Shown one piece after another: positions 13,302-26,095 of a stretch of DNA of 64,000 nt. Positions within the stretch are counted from its first letter, which is position 1, and every line of letters starts with the position of its first letter. The stretch spans positions 105,898,001-105,962,000 of the forward strand of contig NW_024704742.1 of NCBI RefSeq assembly GCF_018977255.1. The letters run 5' to 3'. The position numbers and the translations under genes were made by a program. The stretch is from Callorhinchus milii. Taxonomy: Eukaryota. The notes beneath the pieces are model-generated. The model was not told the DNA's origin. It saw only the letters and a list, made by a program, of their open reading frames with translations, and did no database searches.

Positions 13302-13622
13302 TGGAGTCCTGTAGCTCAGTGGTTAGAGCACTCGCTTTGCAAGCGAGAGACCTGAGTTCAATTCCAGGCAGGGCGAAACCTTGGGCAAGTTTCCTTACTC
13401 CACACGCCTAATAATAATCCCTCCAAAAAAAACCAAAACAATAATAAATTGGTCATTTTCAATCTACAACTGTTTGTGGGACATTGCTGTGCGCAATTGG
13501 CTGTCGCGTTCGCCCACAAATATACAGTCAATTCACTTTGCAGTGTGTTCTGTGAAGCGCTTTGGGACGTCCTCCCGACATGAAAAGCACTATATCAAAT
13601 GCAAGGATTATTATTATTATTA
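13302..13622 (+). mobile_element. Young tRNA-derived SINE, full length, nested in an older minus-strand SINE
   Basis: A box TAGCTCAGTGG, TGC anticodon-like loop, B box GAGTTCAATTCC, Deu-like 3' body, L2-type tail, (ATT)n; older element continues at 13240-13300 and 13623-13730. Confidence 0.92.
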
Positions 13623-14984
13623 CAGAATATACTGTGATGTCTAGTGACCTGTGTATTTTGTAATCAAAAGCAGCACGCAATTTGCATCTAGCAATGTCCC
13701 TCAAACAGTGGTGAAGTGAGTGACCAAGTTTAATATGATTGATTAATGCATCCTCATTTAAATATGTTTTGCTTGTCTCTATTCCCCAGGCAGAGGTACA
13801 GTAATAGACAGCAGCTAGCTATCAACTGTACCTTGTACTTCCCAATAAACGTGGTGAGGCTGTGTGTGCATTTGTGTGTGGGAGGTGATGAGCTGAATGC
13901 ACACATGCTCAAACTCAGTTGACATTCCCTCCTCCCCTGAAAACAAGGCATTTGGTGTGAAACTATATAAGTGCAAGTTGTTGTTGTTGTAAAAGGACTG
14001 GTGCACAGATTTGCAAATCAAAGCTGGGCTGAATTTGAGATTTTTCCTCCAATTAATCAGCTCAGTTTGGCATTACTTATTAACATAATAATAATCCCTA
14101 TATGTGATACAGCACCTTATCCAAACATCTCAAAGCACTTCACAGGATTTGCAACAAAGGGTAGTAACTGCATATTTGTTGGTGAACATAATAAAATAGT
14201 CTTCAGGAATAGATGGGAAAATACAATGTTTCATAACAGACTTGATAGCAGATTGGAAATGTTGCATGTTTCACTCTCTGCTGACCATAGGAACAAGAGT
14301 AAGCCATTTTGCCCGTTAAGCCTGTTCCACTTATTGCAAGAAGAAGTACTAGAAAAAGCAGAATAACAGTCACCAGGTGGGATGGGAGTGCAAAAACAAC
14401 ACTTCGCACATCAAGAATACCAGGCAGATGAACCACAAGCAAACAACATGGAAACAAATGAACAAAACATCAGGAGCAATATAGGTCACATAACGGCTCA
14501 GCGTGATCAATGCAGGTCATCGCAAAGATATGAAGCAACCACAGACGCAGACATCAAAAGCCTGTTCAGGGTAACGGAAAGGAAAGTCTAGAAGGAACCT
14601 CACCAATTCCTGCTGATTGTATTAATTGAAAACAGACAAATGGAGACAACATCACCACAGGAACTAAACATAATTGCACCAAAAAGAAAATTAAAGGGAC
14701 AGAAGGAGAAGAGCCCTCTTGCTGAGCATAAGCCATTGACAGACACCTCGGATAAAATATATCACACTCACCACAGTGAAGCAGCAGACCTAGAATTAAC
14801 TAAGACTGGGAGTATAACTGACAGCTAATATTGTTTAAAACAAATAGGTAAAGGCACAAAACTGAGAGCCTCTGATGAATGAACTGATGATATAACAGAA
14901 CAACTATACCAAAAAGAGAAAATAATCAACTGGAAACAGACTCTCTCTCCCCCCTCTAGACTTTTACTGACGGGATCAGACTTA

Positions 14985-15340
14985 CAACTAGGTTAACAGT
15001 TCAGAATGGGAAGCACAACCGAGCAAAATAGGCTCCAGTGGGAGATATCAAATTAAAAAGGTGGAAATGGCACAGAATATTTTAACTACTCAACAGTGAA
15101 GCACACTGTTTAAGAACTAAACAGAAATAAACTTAAGACAACCATTTTTACCCAAAGGACAGGAATAGGCTTATAGAGTAAATTACCAGGAACTGAAGCA
15201 GACAGTACAAATGAGCTTGAGAGGCAATTGGATAAAAGGGGATTGATTGACAAGATTATAGTGTTAGACGCTGGGGTGAAGACAATCAGAAAGGGACAGG
15301 ATTGTTGGTATTTCTGGCCTTTTCCTGGGCTGAATATTTT
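14985..15340 (+). mobile_element. Old CR1 3' fragment
   Basis: Decayed CR1 C-terminal/3' UTR-like sequence; a similar start is seen at 16770. Confidence 0.55.
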
Positions 15341-16269
15341 TAAGTTCTACAGAAAATTATAACCCAGATTTTACACATTCCAGACAACAGATCCAGCAGC
15401 AGCTTACAAAATGTATGTAAAAGAATCAGATCCAAAGATGTCAGGTGAAAAATAAGCTATTTACTTACACAGACAACTGCGTTGATGGACACACTCGGTC
15501 TAAGGCACAGTAGGTGGCATTGATGTATAAAGTGTAATGAACAGCGCTAAAATCACACTGTTGGCAGCCCAATGGCTCAATACATTAGAGTGTGCTACAG
15601 AGCGCAAAGATGCGGGTTTGCTCCTGTGCCAATTCTTTAGATAGTGAGTTCATGATCTGACTATTGCCATTAGCATGGCGGAGAAATGTTTGCCGGCTAG
15701 CTTGTGATGTATCAAACACCTTGACGTTCTTGAGGTCTAAGTCCAATATCCCATACCAGGCTTGCTGGACACCAACTGCTTCATCTAAGTCCTCTTGTAA
15801 GGAGCTTGGCAAAGAGTCAAGCTTGCTGTGAAGATGACTCCACATCCAGGCTATAGAGTGACAATATGAGATAGGCCAGAGATCTTGTTCCCTGCAGTCA
15901 CATACCTTTTTAATTCAAATCCACCTCACAGCTTCGTTCTGGATCTCACACAGGGGCAACAGGATACCTTCCTACTGCATACCGCAAAGCTACAATGCAT
16001 GAAGGGGAAATGCTTGGACAGGCAGATATTTTACAATCGACAGTGTAACCTGTATTGGGACTTTGCTTTGCTTGAAGAGAGACAAAAACAATCCAAATCA
16101 CCTTCTCCGCTTTTCAGCAAATTTCAAAATACAGCAATTGTTTCCAAGTTAAAATTGGCATCCGCTAGATATCAACACTAATCAACAATTGGTGCAATAC
16201 TTTTGAGCTCTTTTCTTAAGACATGCAGAGCTGTAATCAGTACTGCATCAGAGGGTACTCACTGCGATA

Positions 16270-16676
16270 CCCTACTGTAGCGTAAGTGGAATCCTGTAGC
16301 ATAAATGGAGTCCTATAGCTTATGTGGAGTCCTATAGCATATTGGCCAGAGCACTTGCCTCACAAGTGAGAGGATCTGGGTTCGATTCCCGGGTAGGGCG
16401 AAGCATTGGTCGAGTTTTCTTACTCCACTCGCCTCTGTTCACCTAGCAGTAAGTAGGAACCCGGTTGTTAGTCGACTGGTGGATTGTTTTTCCGGGGGTA
16501 ATAATCCATCCAAAAAAATAATAAAATAATTTGGTCACTCAATCCACGGCTGTTTGTGAGACACTGCTGTACGTAATTGGCTGCCACGTTTCGACTATAA
16601 AATATAGTCAATTCACTGTGAAGCGCTTTGAGACATGATAAGGTGCTATATCAAATGCAAGGATTATTATTATTAT
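16270..16676 (+). mobile_element. tRNA-derived SINE, long variant, with tandemly multiplied 5' end
   Basis: B box GGTTCGATTCC; extra block GCCTCTGTTCACCTAGCAGTAAGTAGGAACCCGG; (ATT)n tail. Confidence 0.88.
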
Positions 16677-17026
16677 AGTTGGCCAATTGTTCAAGATGGT
16701 GAATCTAGCCCCAAAAATCTGCATGTGAGTTCCCCATCAACACCACATCATTAGCAGTTATATAGTACAACTAGGTTACAGTTCAGAATGGAAGGCACTG
16801 CTGAGCGACAATGTTTCCAGCGAGATACTGTATAAAATTGACAATTGTTAAACTGAAGGTTCAGGGGAGAACAAATTTCTTTACTGAGAGGGTTGTTAGG
16901 ATGTTGAATTAATTTAATTCACCACCACAAATAGTTACTGAGGCTGTATCAGTAGAATTATTAATAAGGGAACTGGATAAGGACCTGCACAGTAAAATAT
17001 TGGGAGTAAATTTGCAACATCTCATG

Positions 17027-17390
17027 ATAATAATAATCCTTGGATTTGATATAGTGCTTTATCACGTCTTCGAGACGTCTCAAAGTGCTTCACAGCATAT
17101 ACTGTAAAGTGAATTGACTGTATATTTTGTGGGCAAGATGCAGCAACCAATTGCGCACAGTAGTGTCCCACAAACAGTCGTGGATTGAGTGACCAATTTT
17201 TTTTGTGAAGGACTTATTATCCCTGGAAAAATAATCTGCCAATCGATTAACAACCGAGTTCCTACTTACTGCTAGGTAAACAGAGACGTGTAGGAAAGTC
17301 AAGGAAACTTGCCCAATGTTTCATTCTGCTGGGAATCGAACCCAGGTCTCTCGCTTGCGAGGTGAGTGCTCTAACCACTGAACTACAGGT
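17027..17390 (-). mobile_element. tRNA-derived SINE, long variant
   Basis: Reverse complement of the same head, CCTAGCAGTAAGTAGGAACTCGG block and tail. Confidence 0.9.
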
Positions 17391-19574
17391 TAGATAAGAA
17401 ATGCGTTTGATAAGAAATGGAATGAGTTTAGGAATGTTGCATTTTTTACCCCTCAAGGTGTTTAATTCTGCTTTAAACATGGCAACTGGATTTCTTGTTA
17501 GGGAGTAAGTGTTTGGTGTTATACATATGTCTGTCTATAGAGTACAGTTCTAACCATCAACAATGCAATCAACAGGGAGACCAGTTAAAAAGTGCGACCA
17601 CAACTGCATTTACTGGATGAACATGCTGCTCTCCTTATAACTCTCTGCAAACTGGCTGACGCAGCTTCAACACTGCTATGAGATACTAAATACTTTCAAA
17701 CTGACAGACACATTTGGGTTAGAAGTGGCCGCAAAATATAACTGAGTTGTTCAATACAGTGTGTGCATTAAGAAATAAGGTAACATTTGTGGTTTTCCTT
17801 AAGGGATAACTAAACTGAATTGGACAGGCTACTCTGAAGCTCAGGGCAATTGTTAATAGTTCATATTTTGGCCTAAGAGAGTGGATTTTGGCCCTCCTGG
17901 GCACATTAACTCTGAGAAACCAATACAGTATTAAGGAAAACAAGAACAACCTGGAGCTCAACATGGAGCCTGATGTTTACAAATTAAATTGTTTTGCTAG
18001 GACCTGAAGAGGAACAAACCACTTACCTGGAGATGAGCCCCACCTGCTGGATATACGTTAAAACCTCAAATTTCCTTTAGGAATGCTTTAAGGAACACCA
18101 CAAACTTGGCACCATTTTTGTAAAAACAAAGTATTTCAATCTTAGGTGTGCATTGGATCAAAAATTTTAACATTTACTTTAATTTAGGGTTGCATCTCTT
18201 TATCACAGTTATACAGTGCTGCATTTGTGTGCTAGACTTGTGTTGCCTTTAGAGCGAATGCAGTATTAGAGCTGTGTCTAGCATACTAGGATGTGCATTA
18301 CAGACAGGATGTGCTCAGGGTCAGAGCATATTATAGACTGATTTACAGTTGAATTTATAGAGTGTGAATGGTCCTGAATAAACACTAAAATCTGGAATGC
18401 TTTTCCAGGCAAGGAGTTCTGCACATCTGGTCTATACAGTAACAACTGCTTGGCCTAATTAACACTACAGTAAATAGGATTTGCAGAATATTTACAAGGT
18501 GACTTCATCTTTGGTATCTGGAGAGGATAAGGGCTAGTCTCAGGTCAGCAGCATCGCTACCCCTGGGGGCTTTGAATGGCAGACACAAGCCTCCATCAGT
18601 TTTGTGCTGGAAAAACCCACAAAAACAATGGTTGAAACTGGATAACCAGAGTAACCTTGTAAAAGAAATCAGACAAATATTTGATCAAAAAGTATGAAAG
18701 GTCATGGTGAAAAGTAGTGAGACCTAGTGGATAGTTCTTCACAGAACAAACATGAGCACTTGAATTGCCTTCCGTGCTACAAAATTCTATTATTCTGTGA
18801 CAATTGTACAGTATTCCCATGGACTTCTCACATTAATCAGGGTTGGGTGGCAAACTTTGCCATAAGCTCCCGGATTTCGATCTTGGAACTGATGCAGGGT
18901 CAGTGCCTTGGGAAGTCCTCTTGATGTGAAAGAAGCTATACAAATGTAATTTGTTGTTGTTGTTGTTGTTGTTGTTGTGGTTGTTGGATAAGGGCAACTG
19001 AAACGTGTCCTTAACAGTGTCTGGCCAGGTTTGCAGATTGTAGCAGTGGAGTACTAGTTTGTGTGGTACAAATAGGATGCTGCCTGTCTGTACAGAGCTA
19101 TGCTTACCATAACTCTGAAGCTTTAATACCTCACACATGGGCTCTATCATGTGCTGCTCACTAAATATAGTGATCTTTATTATACATCTTCATAATGGTA
19201 CTTCTCATTCTGAAGATATAATGAGAAGATTGTTATTTTTAGAGATCAGCATCACAATCTAACACATGGTTTTGTCTCTTGTGACTTGTGTGGTCTTTCA
19301 TATGGTGTTCCAGATTTAGGGACCATTAAACACCCAGTTTCCCACAATATGTTTAATTGTATGTAATTAGGTTAATGAGTCAAGACTTTGGTCTATAAGT
19401 GAAAAAAACGTAAGTTCTGTTTTATTAAGCAAGGTGAACACATCCATTATTCTATCAGGGATACTGCCAGAAAATTAGAATAATTACTCTAATTTATATA
19501 CTCTATATGAATTAAATTCATTACAAAATAGACCCTCTGCTACATTTTAATGCCTGAAACACAGATTGTATTGT

Positions 19575-20340
19575 GTCAGCTTGCCTCAGTTGGTAGCACT
19601 TGTGCCTCTGAGTCTAAAGATTGTGGGTTCAAGCCCCACATCGGGACTTTGAACTCAAACAGACTGGTGCTGAATTGCTGGAGGTGTTGTGTGGTTATGA
19701 TTTGCAAGCGTTAAGATGCAGCAGAAGGTCTGTTTTGTAATGAATTTAATTCACATACAGTATATAAATTAGTGCAATTAATCTAATTTGCTTGCAGTAT
19801 TATCATAGGTGCCGTATTCCAGATGAGATGTTAAACCGAAGTCCCATCTGCCTATTCAGGTGGACGTTAAAGATCTCATGGCACTATTCAAAAAGAGAAT
19901 GGAGATTCTCATGGTGCCCTGGCCAACAACCCCCCAAATGAGATTGGTCATTCACTTTATGGCTGTTTATAGGACATTACTGTGCACAAATTGCCTGCTG
20001 CGTTTGCATACAAAATACAGTCCCTGCACTTCACACGCCTAATAATAATCCCTCCAAAACCAAAAACAATAATAAATTGGTCATTTTCAATCTACGACTG
20101 TTTGTGGGACATTGCTGTGTGCAATTAGCTGCCGCTTTCACCCACAAATATACAGTCAATTCACTTTACAGTGTGTTCTGTGAAGCGCTTTGGGACGTCC
20201 TCCCGATGTGAAAAGCGCTATATCAAATGCAAGGATGATTATTATTATTACAGTATATCCTGAAGGGAAGTACTTTGAGATGTCCTCCCAACGTGAAAGG
20301 CATTAATTCAAATTGCAAGGATTATTATTATTTATTACTA
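19575..20340 (+). mobile_element. Old Deu-domain SINE carrying a nested 5'-truncated young SINE (about 20030-20250)
   Basis: tRNA head at 19575-19650, Deu block at 19850-20030, young SINE body and (ATT)n, then the old element's tail resumes. Confidence 0.85.
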
Positions 20341-22139
20341 CTGAATGTGTAAGGCACTACTAACCCAATTCTAGAGAGATAGTGGTATTCTGCAATATGT
20401 TATGAAAGTTAAGGATACATTTTGTGGCGTTGAATAATCTAAAATAAATATATAAATGTAACTCATCTTGGCATCTCAGAGTTCTATTTTTCACAAATAA
20501 AAGGAAAAGAAGAGACACTTTGAAGAGAATACAACTATTGCTATTTATGTGTGGGTATTTAAAAGAGAACTAGACAAGCAAAGGAAGGGTATTAGAGGGT
20601 ATTGGGAAAGAGCAGGGAATTGGAATCAAGTTGGATAGATCCTTAGATTGCTCAATTTGACGTTTGATTTTGGCATTTTAGTCTCCAGCCTTGTTACTTT
20701 TGAAGCTTTTGGAAATAGCAGTTAGCTGTTTTTGTGAATACTACAATTCAAAGTTGTGATTCATACTTCCCATCTCTTTAGGAGAAATTGTAAATTAGAA
20801 GTGTTTATAAACAGGGCAGCACTTTTAGGACATTTGCTGGTGGCAACTTGATGACATTGTTGTGTTACACCCACGCCTACAGAGTAAATGAACAGCATCA
20901 TACAAAAGATGTGAGAGTGCATTTAACTGGTGTAGAACATTTGGGAACCAGCACCATGGCAACTGATGCTAAAATAATTTTCTTCTCCCATAAAAGTAGG
21001 TTTATATTGCCAATTACTGAGAGTCTGAGTGTTAATAATAATAATCATTGTCTTTGAATAGAGCATCTTACTATATTGTCTAAACATCGCAAAATGATTT
21101 ACTGTAAAGTACTCAGTAAGCGACTGGGTATTTGTAGGTGAATGTGGCAGCCAATTTGTTCACAGCAATGTTCCACAAACAGGCATGAAGTGAATTATCA
21201 ATCTTATTTGGAGGTTTTTGACCAGGAGTTGCTGAAGCAGAGACACAATCGGAGAACTACTTCAAAGAAGGGCAGGGCAACAAATTCTTTGAAGAATAAC
21301 TCTGCTGGCTTATGTTGCCTCTCAACTGGTAAAGGCACCACCTGTGTAGTTCTGATCTATACCAGCCATGAGCATTCCATATTTAATTGCAGGTTTGTTC
21401 AATCTCTGCCAAAAAGTGCAACGTGTGTAGATGTCATGTGAAGAGAGGGTCGAGTCAAATGGTCGCTAACCCGCTGTTAGTCACTGACTCACTGACTAAC
21501 CTCAGGCATGAAGATTAGCCATTTGTTATACTCTATCCAGCAGGTCACCACCTTTAGAAGAAGAGGAGACAATTGAGACATTTTGTTTTACTGTGATGAA
21601 AGTAAAACTCTGGCGAGACTCAGAAACTGTCTTGCTGTTCGAGTACCGGCGGTGCCATGCTACCATATGTAGAAATGTTCTGTTTGTTAGCTGAGTTTTA
21701 GCAAATTTATTCAACTCATTTTGTTAATGGAGAAATTACTACTTTGGTATTAAAACTACTTTGATCTTTATTGGCGCAAAGTTGCAACTTTTTAATTTTC
21801 AAATTTTTAAAGGCACTAAGCTGAGTGACCGAGTATTTGTAGGTGAATGCAGCAACCCATTTTGTGGACAGCAATATCCCACAAGCAGCCACGTAATTGT
21901 TGGCCAGGACACCAGGAGAAACTCCCTTTTCCTTAATATTTTATCTGAGCATTTCAATTATTTATCTCTCTGAGACATTTCTCTGTGAAGGGCGCTGCTT
22001 AAATGTAAGTTGTTGTTGTATATCTCTGTCATTTTCTATGGCATTGAAAAGGCGCTCATGTTGAAAGCGGTAGTTTTACCAATGCCTGGACACTGGGAAA
22101 AGAATCCTCAGATGTAAACTGTGTTTTCTAGAGATGTCC

Positions 22140-22335
22140 CCTGTACATCATAATAAACCATAAAAAACAATAATACATTGGTCGCTTCAATCCACGACTG
22201 TTTGTGGGACACTGCTGTGCGCAATTGGCAGCCGCATTTCCCCTGCAAATATACAGTCAATTCACTTTACAGTCTATTCTGTGAAGCGCTTTGAGACGTC
22301 TACAAGACATGAAAAGCGCTATATCAAATGCAAGG

Positions 22336-22370
<35 letters not shown>
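22140..22370 (+). mobile_element. 5'-truncated young SINE
   Basis: Body and tail match 62655-62960; long (ATT)n. Confidence 0.88.
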
Positions 22371-23079
22371 CGTGGACTCCAGTCAGATCTTGGGTTGAAA
22401 CCGAGGTTTGGGAATTTGGTCTGATGTACATGATAGAAAATATCTTTTTTGTCGCAGTGCTTTACCCAACAATAGTTGCCAGTAACTTCACCACTTTCAA
22501 AAGGAACATTTCTCAACCCCAAATTGTGGCTATTAGGAAAGTGAAAATGCTAAAGAGAAAGAATTGGCACGTTGCCAGAACCAAAATGTGTTGAGGTCCA
22601 TGAGGGTAGGTTCTACATGGTGAAAACAGTACAACTAATTCCGTGCTGCCTTATGTTCATATGTTCAGTTATAACCAGTGGAAATCCCTTCTGAATTGTT
22701 AAAGAAAAAGCAAGATTTTTATTTCCAGTTGTTAAGCTCTTCAATTTGCAGGATCCCACTAACATTGCAGCGGGTGACTTACCATCTGACCAGCTATAAA
22801 TCTATACCTTGGTGAAAAGTGAAGCCAATTCATAAATTAATACATTTACTATCAAAAACAGCTTTGGCCAGGATAATTCCACTGCATTTCATTTGGGCTG
22901 TGAAAAATAGAAATAGGACTATAGTTCCCTCTATGACATGGGTGATCTGAATGGCACTGGGTGCTGGTATTTATATTGTATTTTTCATTTTGCAAATTTT
23001 TGTGATTGACATGAACATCTCTTTAAACATTGATACATTGTACAAACAAATTCTCTCAATATGGAGATCTGACAGGTGG

Positions 23080-23492
23080 ATTGGCAACATGCAGCACACC
23101 GGCTCGCTGATATGGTACCTGAACCAGGTGGGCCCTTGCTACTCCAGAATAGTGAGTTTGGCTCATCAGTAGGACTTGGAAGGCCAGAGATTACTCCCAA
23201 TCAGCTCCCGTAAACCTGCAAACAAAAGGACAACCCTCACCCTCCTAGCTGGATCAGCAGTTAGTGGCAATCTGGACTTTTAGATGGTTGAACTCCAGCA
23301 GTACCCCAATGCACTCTCTGAGGTCCCCAAGCCTTGGCTCTTGCCAACCTGTGCCTAGATAAGTAGGGTTGTTCTACAGACACAGGGACATTTTTCAGTG
23401 TAGGTGGGAGACATATGTGGATTCTCTCGGTTTGGATTGGATACTCTTAAGCATGGTGATGGCTTTCCAAATGCATCAGACCAAAAAAACAT
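23080..23492 (-). repeat. Unclassified dispersed repeat, near-complete copy
   Basis: Reverse complement shares CCATCACCATGCTTAAGAG and CAGGTTGGCAAGAGCCAAGGCTTGGGGACCTCAGAG..GGGGTACTG blocks with 35482-36232; also aligns with 43715-43935. Confidence 0.7.
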
Positions 23493-23789
23493 GCAGCTTT
23501 ACAGAAATATATGTAAAGAAAGAATGTAGAGTCCATTAAACAGGGTCCCAAGCCATGTGGCAGTGCCACACATCATGTACCATTTGAATTGCACAGATCA
23601 GTGTTAGTATTGGCGCGGGGTCAAATTTCAACCTTTAACAATGCCCCTTTCAAACTTTCCACTCACATCCAACCCGGTGAGTCTTAGCACTTTTCAATAT
23701 GTAGCAGTGAGGTCAAATTAGCAACATTTGCAAAATGTATTTGACCCGAGCTCCTGATTTAAACTGATACTTGGTGGGGGTGGGGGAGA

Positions 23790-24030
23790 GCACTGCATTA
23801 TCAGAGGGGTTGTCTTTCAAATTCGATAATAAACGGAGTTAGATGTTTACCTGTTCATGTGAAAGTTAAACATTCCACTAATTGAAAAAAGAAGTGTTTC
23901 CTGGTGTCCTGGCCAACAAGCCTCCAGATTAATTAATCATTTGCTTCATAATTGTTCATGAGATATCGCTGGTACAAATTACTGCAATGCTTGCCTACAA
24001 AGCAGTCAGTAATTAACTTGACAAGACACT
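23790..24030 (+). mobile_element. Old Deu-domain SINE fragment
   Basis: CCTGTTCATGTGAAAGTTAAA..CCTGGTGTCCTGGCCAACA block. Confidence 0.6.
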
Positions 24031-24629
24031 ATCAAAATGCTCATTTTTTAAATTTACTGTGACAGAGACTTTAGACTGAGATATTTGCTTACAAAATATA
24101 CAGTCACTGCAATTTACACTAAATCCTGTGAACTGCTTTCTCAACGTAAAAGAAGCTAAATCAAATATGAGGATTATACTGTCTAAGCAAGGTTAATTGT
24201 TTCTTTTGTAAAAATTCTGACTATTTAGTTTTAGAAGTTAGTTTTTCATGGCACTTAAAAACAATCAACTTCTGCGTAAACTTAAATTTTAAGACAAAAT
24301 ACTCTTATGGGATAAAACTAGGTGAAATGTTGGCTTTAGAACTGGGCAAACAGAAACTGTGAGTTCCCAGCATCTGGAACAGGAGAAATCTGTGTGTTTC
24401 AGATTCCTGGCTAACCAAGCAGAATATTTATATTTATATTATTTAATTGCTAACAATAACTACTGCAGCTGTTTGTTGGGGGGAATCTTCCCCTCCGTGA
24501 AAAATTACACCATGGTGTTTTTTCTTGTTCAAAGTGAATAAAATAATAACTGAGCTGAAGTGTATTACAAGCTTTTGACACGATTGAGAGGTTCAGATGT
24601 CATAAAAAGCAAGAATGAGGTTTACATAG

Positions 24630-25157
24630 TTTATACAGTTAACCAGCACGGAAATTGTGTTATAGCCCCACTGCACACAATTCAAGCCTGCAGTGATTAT
24701 TTATAATATGTGTGTAAGGCTGCAAATTTGAGATATCCATCAGTATTATATGCTGAAGATTGATCTGAAATAATACATCAGACACAACTGACTCCTGATC
24801 AATACTTATCCGTGTCATGTCCATGCCTGTGATTATGTGACTCCTGCCTGTGAACTCCATTGTAGATGGTACAAGTCTCCTCACTCTGTGAAGAAAACCT
24901 GGGTTTGACCGACCTCTCTGACTGGATTCAGCAACCACAATCAGCTGCAAATAAAAAACATCACTGTAATATAATGCTGCTCACTATTTTGGCCTTGAAT
25001 TTGATTTTTTTTCAAAACATGGCAGAATGAAGATTTGACTATTCTGTTATTCTAAAGAATGCTGTAAAACTGGAAACTAGCTAATTCAAAGCAATGCTGT
25101 TCCATGTCTTCCCCGCTTACCTGCAAGAAGAATTGCAAAGACTTCAAAGAATTGCAT
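24630..25157 (-). pseudogene. Possible decayed leader + Ig/TCR V-like segment (tentative)
   Basis: 37-nt ATG exon MQFFEVFAILLA with phase-1 GTAAGC donor, 176-nt intron, TTTTTTATTTGCAG acceptor, then IQSERSV..TCTI with V-type Gln-Cys spacing; multiple stops, no RSS seen. Confidence 0.22.
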
Positions 25158-25257
25158 TTTGGCTTGGAATAATAGTGAATTGTAATTTTTGATTCATCAA
25201 AATAATACAAATTTGCTTGACAATATGGAAATTCACACTACAATATGTACAACATTG

Positions 25258-26095
25258 TTTTCATGTATGCGGATGACACCCAACTCAATCCCTCTGCCTC
25301 CACCCTCGATTCCAGGACAACTGATGTCCTGACAGACTGTCTGTCTGACATCAAGAGCTGGATGAGAGCCAACTTTCTACAGTTGAATGTCAACTAGACT
25401 GAAGTCCTCCTGGTTGGCTCTCGCCAACGCATCAGCACCTCCAGCACTGGCAGCATCAGCATCCACGGTTGCATACTCCACCCACCAAGCCAGTCAGGAA
25501 TGTGGACTGTTAAACCCTTGTTCAACCCTCAACTGTTCTTTCTCCCTCATATCCGTGGCATGACCCGCTCTGCCTTCCCCCACCTCTGCAACATTGCCCG
25601 ACTCCGCCACTGCTTCACCCCTCAGGCCCCCTCATACACGCATTCATTACCTCAAGGCTCAACTACGGAAACTCCCTCCTTGTTGGCCTCCCCAACTCTT
25701 CCTTCCACAAACTGCAGATCATCAGAACTCTGCAGCTCATGTCCTCTCTTACACCAGGCTCTGTGACCCCATCACACCCACCCTCACCAAGCTCCACTGG
25801 CTCCCCATCTCTCAGATGATAGAATTCAAAATCCTCATCCTCACTTTCAAGGCCCTCCATGGCCTTGTCCCCTCCTACCTCTCTGACCTGCTGACCCCTT
25901 ATCAACCTATCCGTCCCTCGGTTCAGCAGGCTTCTTTTTGAACGTGCCTTCAGCCACCCCAGTAACTCCTCTGCCTTCCCTCATTCCAATCCTGCCCCCC
26001 CATGCATGGGTCCTGATCCCTGACTGTTCAGCACCTTAGGACGTCCTCCCGATGTGAAAGGTGCTTTATAAATGTAATTTTGTTGTTGTTGTTGT
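25258..26095 (+). mobile_element. L2 LINE 3' fragment
   Basis: Starts at the RT HMYADDTQL motif; LHWLPISQMIEFKILILTFKALHG; (GTT)n tail. Confidence 0.92.

Noticed and set aside
18027..19160. Strong minus-strand donors (CAG/GTAAGT near 18026, ATG/GTAAGC near 19108) with short open frames
   Set aside because: Weak acceptors and unrecognisable peptides; cannot be linked into a gene
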